The notes beneath the pieces were generated by a model. That model saw nothing but the letters and a program-made list of their open reading frames with translations, had not been told where the DNA came from and did not search any database. From Deltaproteobacteria bacterium (GTDB lineage: Bacteria; UBA10199; JACPAL01; JACOUP01): a stretch of DNA of 64,000 bases. The position numbers and the translations under genes are program-made. Positions 56,256 to 64,000 of this stretch are shown here, piece after piece. The stretch is from assembly GCA_016177765.1 (NCBI GenBank), contig JACOUP010000008.1, positions 641,165 through 705,164 on the forward strand, given 5' to 3'. The stretch's first letter is position 1, and each line of letters opens with the position of its first letter.

Positions 56256-57566
56256 TTAGAGACTTTTCTCCCAGCGGACACGGCTTTCGATGATCTTAGC
56301 CCTGCCCAGAGAAGCACATTCCCTGAACAACCCGTAAAAAATGGCCGACAGGGTCAGCAGGCAATAGGGGAAAAAACAAAAAATCGCCAGCGCCTGTCGT
56401 TTGGAAATCCCACCAGAGAAACGAAAGACCGAGAGGAATGTCAGTGAATAACTCAGGGTACAAACCAGCAAGACCACCCCATAAAAAAAAGTGGGGGTGA
56501 GCCATCCGGTAATAATCTGAAAAATCATCCGCCCAACCCCAAAGAGGGTAAACCAGCCGAGGAAATATTTAATCACCTCAAAAGAAAAAAACTGCCCCTT
56601 GTGCAGGAAGTAAAACCAATAATCGTGGCCAATCTTGTAAAAAGTGGTCGGGAGGTAAAGAAGGGCATGGAGGTACCAGTAAAGGACCACCGGCAGGACA
56701 AAAAGCCAGAGCGGTAAAAAATCTTTCTTGAGAAAAAGCCCCCTGTGTTTGGCAATCACCTGCAAGGTACCGCGGGCCCAGCGGGTCCTCTGGCGGAAGA
56801 GACCGGAGATCGTTTCAGGCACCGCCGTAAAACCGACCGCCTCCTCTTCCATCGCAATCCGGTACCCGGCCCGTGTCAGTTCGAGACAGACATCAAAATC
56901 CTCGGTCGCGGTCTCTGCCGGAATTCCCCCGATTTTTTCTAGTGCTGATTTCTTGGCGGCAAAAAATTGCGGAACCACGGAAACAGTCTTGAGGGTATGC
57001 TGCGCCGCCCGCCAGGCGGAAGAAAGGGTGTACTCCAGTTCCTGAAACCAGGTCAGGAATTTTCGGGTTGGGATCGCCCGAACATTGGCCGCCACCGCCG
57101 CCACCTCGGGGGATGAAAGAGGTTGAACAATCGCCAGAAGGGCCTCCGGCGCAACGGTCGTGTCGGCATCCAGGACAATTAACGCCTCATGGGTCGCCTG
57201 CTTCAAGGCCGCGTTCAAGACACGCGCCTTCCCCAAACGGTTTGTCTGGATCAACCGGATGTTCGGCCCCCTCCTCTGAAACTCTTCAACAATCGCCACG
57301 GTCCGGTCTCTTGAACCATCATCAATGACAATGATTTCTTTTTCGTTGGGATAAGCCGCCTTCAAAAGGCTTTGAAGTGTGGGGCCGATATTTTTCCCCT
57401 CGTTGTAGGCCGGGATTAAAATGGAAAGAGGGGGGGCATAGGTAGTGGCGTCCGGCCTCAGGCGGACGCCACTACGTTTTCGTGGGATTAAAAGGAGGAG
57501 GATCAAGACGGCGTAAAGAACCGAGAGGAACAACATCAGGGCGGTCTGGATCGATTGGATGACCAT
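56256..57566 (-). CDS. Family-2 glycosyltransferase, processive and cellulose-synthase-like.
   Basis: ILIPAYNE, DDGSRD, DAD and the QRTRWARG (QxxRW) motif, plus C-terminal TM helices. Confidence 0.8.
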   Translation of the reverse strand: MVIQSIQTALMLFLSVLYAVLILLLLIPRKRSGVRLRPDATTYAPPLSILIPAYNEGKNIGPTLQSLLKAAYPNEKEIIVIDDGSRDRTVAIVEEFQRRGPNIRLIQTNRLGKARVLNAALKQATHEALIVLDADTTVAPEALLAIVQPLSSPEVAAVAANVRAIPTRKFLTWFQELEYTLSSAWRAAQHTLKTVSVVPQFFAAKKSALEKIGGIPAETATEDFDVCLELTRAGYRIAMEEEAVGFTAVPETISGLFRQRTRWARGTLQVIAKHRGLFLKKDFLPLWLFVLPVVLYWYLHALLYLPTTFYKIGHDYWFYFLHKGQFFSFEVIKYFLGWFTLFGVGRMIFQIITGWLTPTFFYGVVLLVCTLSYSLTFLSVFRFSGGISKRQALAIFCFFPYCLLTLSAIFYGLFRECASLGRAKIIESRVRWEKSL

Positions 57567-57644
57567 ACGGAGCGCTTCCTACCGGTTTTTGCCCCCTTCG
57601 TCAACTGTCGTCCTCTCTTGCTCTTTTCATTCCTTTTGTTATGA

Positions 57645-57690
57645 GTATCCCCTCTCCCCCTTGTGGGAGAGGGTTAGGGTGAGGGGAAAA
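57645..57690. repeat. Intergenic hairpin element, copy D, in the metH leader.
   Basis: cccctctcccc-cttgtg-ggagaggg, followed by ttagggtgaggggaaaa immediately before ATG 57691. Confidence 0.6.
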
Positions 57691-60600
57691 ATGAATCGTT
57701 ACCTGGAAATCGCGAAAGAAAGGGTCCTGATCTACGATGGGGCGATGGGGACGAATATCCAGATTCGTCAGCTCTCGAGCGACCCCTCGCGAAAACTGAC
57801 CAAAAAAGATTATGGCGGGCATGACGGCTGGAACGAAAATCTGGTCTTCACGAGACCCGATGTCATTGAAGAGGTCCATGCCTCCTTTTTGGAGGTCGGT
57901 TGTGACGTCCTCGAAACCAATACCTTTGGGGGATCACGCCTCAAGCTGGATGAGTTTGGCGCCGGCCCAAGAGTCCTCGAGTATAATTCGACGGCGGCCC
58001 GTTTGGCGCGAAAGGTTGCCGACCAGTACAGCACCCCTTCACACCCCCGTTTTGTCGCCGGTTCGATCGGTCCAACCGGGATGCTCCCCTCCACCGATGA
58101 CCCGGCCTTGGGAAAGATCACCTATGATGAACTGGTCAAAATATTTGCTGAACAGACCGAAGGGCTTGTCGAAGGGGGGGTTGATCTTCTCCTGATCGAA
58201 ACCTCCCAAGATATTTTGGAGGTGAAGGCCGCCATCACCGGCATCCGTCGCTACTTCAAAACAAAGGGGCGTCAGCCTTTACCCATCCAGGCCCAAGTTA
58301 CGCTTGACCCGACCGGTCGGATGCTCTTGGGCACAGATATCGGGGCGGTGGTGACCATCCTCCAAGGGCTCCGTGTCGATGTCATTGGTCTCAACTGTTC
58401 TACCGGCCCTCAGGAGATGAGGGATTCGGTTCGTTTCCTCGCCGAGAACTGTTCGCTCCCCCTTTCCATTATTCCGAACGCCGGAATCCCTTTGAACAAG
58501 GATGGCCAGGCCTTCTACCCGCTGGACCCTGACGGTCTCGCCAAAAGTCTAAAGGAATTCGTTGCCGATTTCGGGGTCGAGATCGTCGGCGGCTGTTGCG
58601 GTACCACCCCGGCACACCTCAAGGCGGTTACCCAAGCGTTGAGAGGACAAGGGGGCTCCACCCAAACGAGAAAAAAGAGGTCTCCGGTAACTTCGCAATC
58701 ATATGTAGCCAGTACTATGAAACAAACTGCCCTGCGCCAGCAGCCGGCGCCAACGTTGATTGGGGAGAGGATGAATTCCCAAGGGTCCAAGAAGATGAAG
58801 GAGCTGTTACTGACCGACCAATACGACACCATCTGCCAGATCGGTCGGAAACAGGTCGATGAAGGGGCTCATCTTTTGGATCTTTGTCTCGCGCTGACGG
58901 AACGGGATGATGAGGCGGTCCAGTCAAAGATTTTGGCAAAAAAGTTGGCCCAACAGGTCGAGGCCCCACTGGTCATCGACTCCACGGATGCCCAAGTGAT
59001 TGAGGCCTGTCTCAAGGTTTACGGTGGTCGGCCGGTGGTCAACTCCATCAACATGGAAAATGGGTTGGAGAGGATCAAGGCGGTCTGCCCGCTCGTGGAA
59101 GAACATGGCACCGCCGTCGTCGCCCTCACAATCGATAAAGACTCAGGAGGGATGGCGAAGACGGCAGAAACTAAATTTGCAGTGGCTAAAAAGATTCATG
59201 ACTATGTCACTTCTCACTACCAAATCCGGCCGGAAGACCTGATCTTTGACGCCCTTACCTTCACTTTGTCGACCGGAGATGACGAATTCAAAAATTCGGC
59301 GGTGGAAACGTTGGAGGGGATCCGAAAAATAAAGGCAGGGCTTCCCGAGGTCCATACAACTCTCGGGGTTTCCAATGTCTCTTTCGGCCTCGGCCGGCCG
59401 GCCCGACGGATTTTGAATTCTGTCTTTCTCCATCATGCCGTCCAGGCAGGACTGGATACCGCCATCGTCAACCCGGCCGAGATTTTGCCCTACTTCGAAA
59501 TCCCGGAAGAAGAAAGAATCCTGGCGGACGGCCTTATTTTTAACAGAAGCCCGGACGCACTGCCTAAACTGATTACCGCCTTCGAGAATAAAACCGTCGG
59601 GCCGGCCACCCCTTCCAAAGAGGATGAAAACTTTGTCAACCTCTCACCGGAGCAAAAAATCCATTATAAAATCCTGCACCGGAAACCGGAGGGGATAGAA
59701 GCATTGATCGATGAGGTCCGCCAGCGCCGGGACCCGGTAGACATCTTGAACAATGTCTTGCTCCCGGCGATGAAGGAGGTCGGGGATAAATTCGGTGCTG
59801 GTGAATTGATCCTCCCCTTTGTTCTCCAATCGGCCGAGGCGATGAAAAAGGCGGTGGCCCATCTGGAGCAATTTTTGGAAAAGAGCGCCTCGACGACCAA
59901 GGGAACCGTTGTCCTTGCAACGGTTTATGGTGATGTTCATGACATCGGCAAGAATCTGGTCAAGACAATCCTCTCCAACAACGGTTACGTGGTCCATGAC
60001 CTTGGCAAGCAGGTCCCGATCCAGACGATCCTGGACAAGGCCCAGGAGGTGAATGCCGATGCGATCGGTCTTTCGGCGCTCCTCGTCTCTACCTCCCGAC
60101 AGATGCCGGCCTGTATCGAGGAATTGTACAAGAGGGGGATGAAATATTCTGTTATTATCGGCGGCGCTGCGATCAATCGAAGATTTGGTCGCAGAATATT
60201 TTTTGTGGAAGGACAACCTTATTCCGGAGGCGTCTTCTATGCCAAGGATGCCTTTGAAGGGCTGGATATCATGAACATCCTGACGAGCAAGGATCAACAA
60301 CCGGCCTTTTATGAAAAAGTCCTCCACGAAGCAAAACTAGAGGTCGCCGGCAAGGGAACGGAAGAAGCTTCAAAAACAACGGTCACAATCAAAATCCCCC
60401 GTTCAACCATCCAGCCGCTAAAAATAATCCCCAAACCACCGTTCTGGGGGACACGGGTCTTGGACCGGATCGACCTCCGTGAGGTTTTTCCCTTGATGGA
60501 TTTTAATTCCCTCTACCGCCTCTCCTGGGGGGTCAAGACTCGTGATAGTGAAGAGTACAAAAAAATGCTAAAAGAAAAATTTGAGCCGTTGCGGCTTGAA

Positions 60601-61188
60601 CTCCAAAAGGAGGTTCTGCGGGAAGGGTGGTTCATGCCGAAGGTCCTCTACGGCTTTTACCCCTGTCAATCTGAAGGGGAGACGATCCATATCTACGACC
60701 CGTTGGATGCCAAAAAGAGGCTGACCAGCTTCGAATTCCCGAGGCAACCGGATGCCGGCCACCTTTGTCTCGCCGATTACATCAACCCGGTCGACTCCGG
60801 TCTGATCGATCTCATCGCCTTCCATCTGGTCACGATGGGGGAGAAGATCAGTAACGTTTGTGAAGATCTGAACAAAAGGGGCGATTACTCAAAAAGTTAT
60901 TACCTCCACGGCCTTTCAGTCGAGGCCACCGAGGGGCTCGCCTCCTGGATCCATCAAAAGATCCGAAGCGCCTTGGGTCTTAAAGAAGAGGAAGGAAAGC
61001 GTTACAGCTTCGGCTACCCCGCCTGCCCGAATCTTGAGGACCAGGGAAAACTTTTTTCAATTCTGAAACCAGAAGAAGCGATCGGTGTTACACTGACTTC
61101 CGCCTTTCAGATGATCCCGGAACAATCAACCTCCGCACTGATCTTCCACCACCCGGAAGCAACTTACTACAACGTCAAAATTAAATAG
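57691..61188 (+). CDS. metH: Cobalamin-dependent methionine synthase.
   Basis: The Hcy-binding GGCCGTTP, pterin-binding, B12-binding (DVHDIGKNLV) and AdoMet-reactivation domains are all present. Start re-derived at MNRYLEI. Confidence 0.9.
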   Translation: MNRYLEIAKERVLIYDGAMGTNIQIRQLSSDPSRKLTKKDYGGHDGWNENLVFTRPDVIEEVHASFLEVGCDVLETNTFGGSRLKLDEFGAGPRVLEYNSTAARLARKVADQYSTPSHPRFVAGSIGPTGMLPSTDDPALGKITYDELVKIFAEQTEGLVEGGVDLLLIETSQDILEVKAAITGIRRYFKTKGRQPLPIQAQVTLDPTGRMLLGTDIGAVVTILQGLRVDVIGLNCSTGPQEMRDSVRFLAENCSLPLSIIPNAGIPLNKDGQAFYPLDPDGLAKSLKEFVADFGVEIVGGCCGTTPAHLKAVTQALRGQGGSTQTRKKRSPVTSQSYVASTMKQTALRQQPAPTLIGERMNSQGSKKMKELLLTDQYDTICQIGRKQVDEGAHLLDLCLALTERDDEAVQSKILAKKLAQQVEAPLVIDSTDAQVIEACLKVYGGRPVVNSINMENGLERIKAVCPLVEEHGTAVVALTIDKDSGGMAKTAETKFAVAKKIHDYVTSHYQIRPEDLIFDALTFTLSTGDDEFKNSAVETLEGIRKIKAGLPEVHTTLGVSNVSFGLGRPARRILNSVFLHHAVQAGLDTAIVNPAEILPYFEIPEEERILADGLIFNRSPDALPKLITAFENKTVGPATPSKEDENFVNLSPEQKIHYKILHRKPEGIEALIDEVRQRRDPVDILNNVLLPAMKEVGDKFGAGELILPFVLQSAEAMKKAVAHLEQFLEKSASTTKGTVVLATVYGDVHDIGKNLVKTILSNNGYVVHDLGKQVPIQTILDKAQEVNADAIGLSALLVSTSRQMPACIEELYKRGMKYSVIIGGAAINRRFGRRIFFVEGQPYSGGVFYAKDAFEGLDIMNILTSKDQQPAFYEKVLHEAKLEVAGKGTEEASKTTVTIKIPRSTIQPLKIIPKPPFWGTRVLDRIDLREVFPLMDFNSLYRLSWGVKTRDSEEYKKMLKEKFEPLRLELQKEVLREGWFMPKVLYGFYPCQSEGETIHIYDPLDAKKRLTSFEFPRQPDAGHLCLADYINPVDSGLIDLIAFHLVTMGEKISNVCEDLNKRGDYSKSYYLHGLSVEATEGLASWIHQKIRSALGLKEEEGKRYSFGYPACPNLEDQGKLFSILKPEEAIGVTLTSAFQMIPEQSTSALIFHHPEATYYNVKIK

Positions 61189-61238
61189 ACTTTTCACCCT
61201 CTTTAGATAGAATACTGCCGCTAAACAAGGGGGGAATC

Positions 61239-61709
61239 ATGGACGAGAAAAAACATGGGGCCTGTTGTGGACTTACACTCATACGTTTCTGGGCCGGGAT
61301 CTGGTTCCTCTGGGCCGGGTATAGCAAGCTGAACGCCGCCTATCTTACCGGCGGCGGTTTTGAAGGGTACGTTCAGAAGTTCATGGAGGCGGGAAGCGTT
61401 GGCTTCTACAAAACCTGTCTCGCCAGTGTGCTGGCCCATGCCAAAATTTTTTCCATCCTGACCGCCTTTGGAGAATTGGCGGCGGGTCTCAGTCTCCTTT
61501 TGGGATTCATGACCATTTTATCCTCGGTCGGCGTCATTATCATGTGCCTTAACTACCTGCTGGCGACTTGGAATTTCGGACCGGCCTCAATCGGGCTGAA
61601 TATCACCATGATTATCTGCGGTATTGCATTCATCGTCGGCAAGGCGGGAGGGTGTCTCGGACTGGACGCCAAATTCTGCCCCATGACCAAAAAGTGTTGT
61701 AGTGGATAA
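61239..61709 (+). CDS. DoxX-family membrane protein.
   Basis: 4 TM helices with a DoxX-like N-terminal pattern (RFWAGIWFLWAGYSKL). Confidence 0.55.
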   Translation: MDEKKHGACCGLTLIRFWAGIWFLWAGYSKLNAAYLTGGGFEGYVQKFMEAGSVGFYKTCLASVLAHAKIFSILTAFGELAAGLSLLLGFMTILSSVGVIIMCLNYLLATWNFGPASIGLNITMIICGIAFIVGKAGGCLGLDAKFCPMTKKCCSG

Positions 61710-62611
61710 TGCAAATTAAACTGGCCCATAGTCCGGATGCCGATGATGCCTTCATGTTTTATGCCCTGGAGACCGGAAAGGTCCCGACCGGGGATCTCAT
61801 GATTGAGCATGTTCGAGAAGATATCGAATCCCTGAATCAAAAGGCGGAACAGGGGCTCTACCACGTTACCGCCCTCTCCTTTCACGCCTACCCGGCCGTG
61901 GCTGATAAATATGCGCTGATGACAGTCGGCGGCTCTGTCGGGGATGGTTATGGCCCTATCGTAGTGGCCGCCAAGAAAATGAAGCCCCACCAGCTCAAGA
62001 AAAAGTTGATGGCGATCCCGGGCAAAAAGACAACCGCCTTTCTAGTGATGCGGATGGTTGAACCGACGATCGGTTATGTCATTCGGCCGTTTGATAAAAT
62101 CCTGGAGATTGTCAAGGAGGGAAAGGCGGAGACTGGTCTCGTGATCCACGAAGGGCAGTTGACCTACGAGGCAATGGGGCTTTTCAAAGTGATCGATCTT
62201 GGCAAATGGTGGCACGATGAGACAGGACTCCCACTCCCACTCGGGGCCAACGCCGTCCGCAAAGATCTCCCAGCCGACGTTCAAAAAAGGCTGGCCAGTT
62301 TGATCCGGCAAAGCGTTCAATACGCCTTGGATCACCGGGAAGAAGCGGTGGCCTATGCCCTTTCCTTTGCCCGTGGTCTTGAACCGGAAAAGGCAGGCCA
62401 GTTCATCGGGATGTATGTCAACCACTGGACGCTTGATTATGGCCACAAGGGAAGAAAGTCGGTGATTACACTTCTCTCCCGCGCCCATGAGATGGGGCTC
62501 TTACCGGAGTCCCCACGGATCGACTGGGTTTCCCCGGAAGAGCCTGACCAAGAGGAGACGGCGCCTGAAGAATCGACCGAGAAATTACCGTTTCCTAATG
62601 AAACAAGTTAG
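61709..62611 (+). CDS. Futalosine-pathway menaquinone enzyme, MqnA/MqnD family (probably the 1,4-dihydroxy-6-naphthoate synthase MqnD).
   Basis: The N-terminus IKLAHSPDADDAFMFYAL is characteristic of the MqnA/MqnD periplasmic-binding-protein-like fold. Confidence 0.65.
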   Translation: MQIKLAHSPDADDAFMFYALETGKVPTGDLMIEHVREDIESLNQKAEQGLYHVTALSFHAYPAVADKYALMTVGGSVGDGYGPIVVAAKKMKPHQLKKKLMAIPGKKTTAFLVMRMVEPTIGYVIRPFDKILEIVKEGKAETGLVIHEGQLTYEAMGLFKVIDLGKWWHDETGLPLPLGANAVRKDLPADVQKRLASLIRQSVQYALDHREEAVAYALSFARGLEPEKAGQFIGMYVNHWTLDYGHKGRKSVITLLSRAHEMGLLPESPRIDWVSPEEPDQEETAPEESTEKLPFPNETS

Positions 62612-62698
62612 GGTTCTTAAATATTCTCAACATTTTTTCTTGAAGATCATGATTTTTCGGTTTATGATGCCCCCCGCTATCAATGAAAGGAGAGATTT

Positions 62699-62851
62699 AT
62701 GAGGAATAGGCGTTTACAGTGGGGAATCTTGGGGATCGTATTGATCGGCTTAGCGTCACTCCCCCTTTTTTTTCATGCCTGTGGGAGTTCATCGGATGAC
62801 AGCTCTTCCACCACCAACCACACCATCACCCTGAAAGGAGCCTCAAAATGA
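62699..62851 (+). CDS. Small (50-aa) signal-peptide protein, absent from the ORF track.
   Basis: AAAGGAGAG RBS, 8 nt, then ATG. The product is MRNRRLQWGILGIVLIGLASLPLFFHACGSSSDDSSSTTNHTITLKGASK. Its stop overlaps the next ATG (ATGA). Confidence 0.35.
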   Translation: MRNRRLQWGILGIVLIGLASLPLFFHACGSSSDDSSSTTNHTITLKGASK

Positions 62852-63507
62852 AGAAACTCATCATTCTCCTCTCAGTGTTGATGATTTCAGCCCCGGTTTG
62901 GGCGGCCACAGGGACCTCTTCGGCCACCGTCAAGATGTTCAAGGCCTGGCTTTCCCTAAACGGGGACTGTTCAAGCCCCGTTGCCTTCATCAATGAGCCG
63001 AGCGGGAAGTCGTTTGATTTTGCCTCAAACCCGACCTTGGGAACCGGTTCCATCGCCGCCGGGACCTACAAGTGCTTCATCATCAAGATATCGGACAATG
63101 TCTCCTTCACCCCTTCTGCCAATGAGGGAACCGCCTGTGTTGCGGGGACCTCCTATACGATGGATGTCTGCCGGGACTACGGGAACGGGCAAGTCCCTCA
63201 GGTGACCAATCCTGACGACGGCTCCAAAACAACGTGCACCAGCGGTGAGGACACCATCTATGTTTACATCAGCCGTTTTTCAACGGCAGCGGCCGGAAGT
63301 CAGGACAACAACGCCTTTGCCCCACCCACCCAGGACGGGGACAGCACCAACGGTTTCAAACTAGCCAACGATATCGTCGTCTCCGCCGATCTGACCGGCA
63401 CCTTCACCTTTGGCACGGATAATAAGGTGGGTGAGCAACAAACAGGCTCTCAAGGCGCGACACAGTGCGGTATGGAGCCTCCCGACTTCGGTTTCGCGGC
63501 TCAGTAA
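62848..63507 (+). CDS. Secreted hypothetical protein of 219 aa.
   Basis: Signal peptide MKKLIILLSVLMISAPVWAA, followed by a Cys-containing Thr/Ser/Gly-rich mature region. Confidence 0.55.
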   Translation: MKKLIILLSVLMISAPVWAATGTSSATVKMFKAWLSLNGDCSSPVAFINEPSGKSFDFASNPTLGTGSIAAGTYKCFIIKISDNVSFTPSANEGTACVAGTSYTMDVCRDYGNGQVPQVTNPDDGSKTTCTSGEDTIYVYISRFSTAAAGSQDNNAFAPPTQDGDSTNGFKLANDIVVSADLTGTFTFGTDNKVGEQQTGSQGATQCGMEPPDFGFAAQ

Positions 63508-63548
63508 GCGAGAGACGGTCAGCCTTGGGTGAATCACCCTTGGGTGGA

Positions 63549-64000
63549 TCACCCTTGAGCCGCCGGCAGTTCTTTGTCCGCACTCCAATCGCTCCACGAT
63601 CCTTCGTAGAGCTTCCCCTCAAAGCCAGCCATCCGGAGGGCCAGAAGGTTGGTACAGGCGGTAACCCCGGAACCGCAGTAACAGATCATTGTTTTGACCT
63701 GATCGGCCCCGATCTGTTCAAATTTTTTCCTCAGTTGTTCCGGCTTTAGGAAGAGGCCTGTCTCCGGATCAATTATCTCTGTGAAAGGAAGATTGATCGC
63801 CCCTGGAATATGGCCGGGTCTTGGGTCAATCGGCTCAATCTCCCCCCGGTACCGCTCCGCAGTCCTGGCATCGATCAGCAAGACCTCGGGATCATCCCTC
63901 ACCGCCTCAACGACTCTTTTATCCACGACCCACTTTTTTTTGGGTCTGGCGATAAAAGTTGCCGGTGAATAAACGGGAATCTCCCGCGAAATCTTCCCCC
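63549..64000 (-). CDS. sseA: 3-Mercaptopyruvate/thiosulfate sulfurtransferase (rhodanese), C-terminal catalytic domain. The 5' end lies outside the window.
   Basis: CYCGSGVTAC is the 3-MST-type active-site loop CG(S/T)GVTA. The frame stays open upstream to the window edge. Confidence 0.65.
   Translation of the reverse strand, partial: GKISREIPVYSPATFIARPKKKWVVDKRVVEAVRDDPEVLLIDARTAERYRGEIEPIDPRPGHIPGAINLPFTEIIDPETGLFLKPEQLRKKFEQIGADQVKTMICYCGSGVTACTNLLALRMAGFEGKLYEGSWSDWSADKELPAAQG

Noticed and set aside
1-64000. Transposases, integrases, phage structural genes and restriction-modification genes
   Set aside because: I scanned all long ORFs for DDE, tyrosine-recombinase (R..H..R..Y), terminase, capsid and MTase (DPPY/FxGxG) motifs and found none, so no mobile-element feature is called.

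Overview
A 64-kb, moderately high-GC bacterial chromosomal segment with tightly packed genes on both strands; the lineage cannot be determined from sequence alone. No database searches were run: every call below rests on motifs I recognised by eye in the six-frame translations and in the DNA, and the likely true start codons were re-derived by hand where noted. The ORF track uses ATG, GTG and TTG starts, so several listed starts are probably too far upstream.

Most of the window is housekeeping. It carries rpe, fmt, def, priA, ilvD, metH, queG, erpA and a Mqn-family futalosine gene. It also carries genes for NUDIX, thioesterase, short-chain dehydrogenase and Zn-alcohol-dehydrogenase family proteins, a PEP carboxylase that looks like the archaeal type, and two tRNAs: tRNA-Pro(CGG) and tRNA-Ala(CGC).

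Several accessory or unusual loci are embedded in this backbone:
- A ~10.3-kb two-gene locus (3743-14036, minus strand). The first gene encodes a 2,300-residue lipoprotein with Ig/FN3/PPC domains, Asp/Cys-rich 18-aa repeats resembling thrombospondin type 3, and a full RHS/YD shell. Its ~290-residue glycine-zipper-rich C-terminal domain matches nothing I recognise, and there is no immunity gene. Four bases downstream is a 1,120-residue secreted protein built almost entirely of the same 18-aa repeat. That second gene contains a perfect 2x54-bp tandem DNA duplication.
- Two ArsA/GET3-type ATPases in an operon with PhaR, a phasin-like protein and TatA.
- A divergent ThyX-fold protein in which the catalytic RHR motif reads HSH.
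- A cluster encoding a DUF4116 repeat giant (possibly with a C-terminal CHAT/caspase-like dyad), a transglutaminase-like cysteine-protease-fold protein and two unknowns.
- Two low-GC islets. One (39.6-41.1 kb) holds a small protein plus wHTH gene pair and a 3-TM membrane protein. The other (44.4-46.9 kb) abuts the 3' end of tRNA-Ala and holds a GHKL ATPase plus DUF4325 (STAS-like) pair.
- A dispersed family of intergenic C-tract/G-tract hairpins with G-quadruplex-capable flanks (at least four copies).

No transposase, integrase or CRISPR array was seen.
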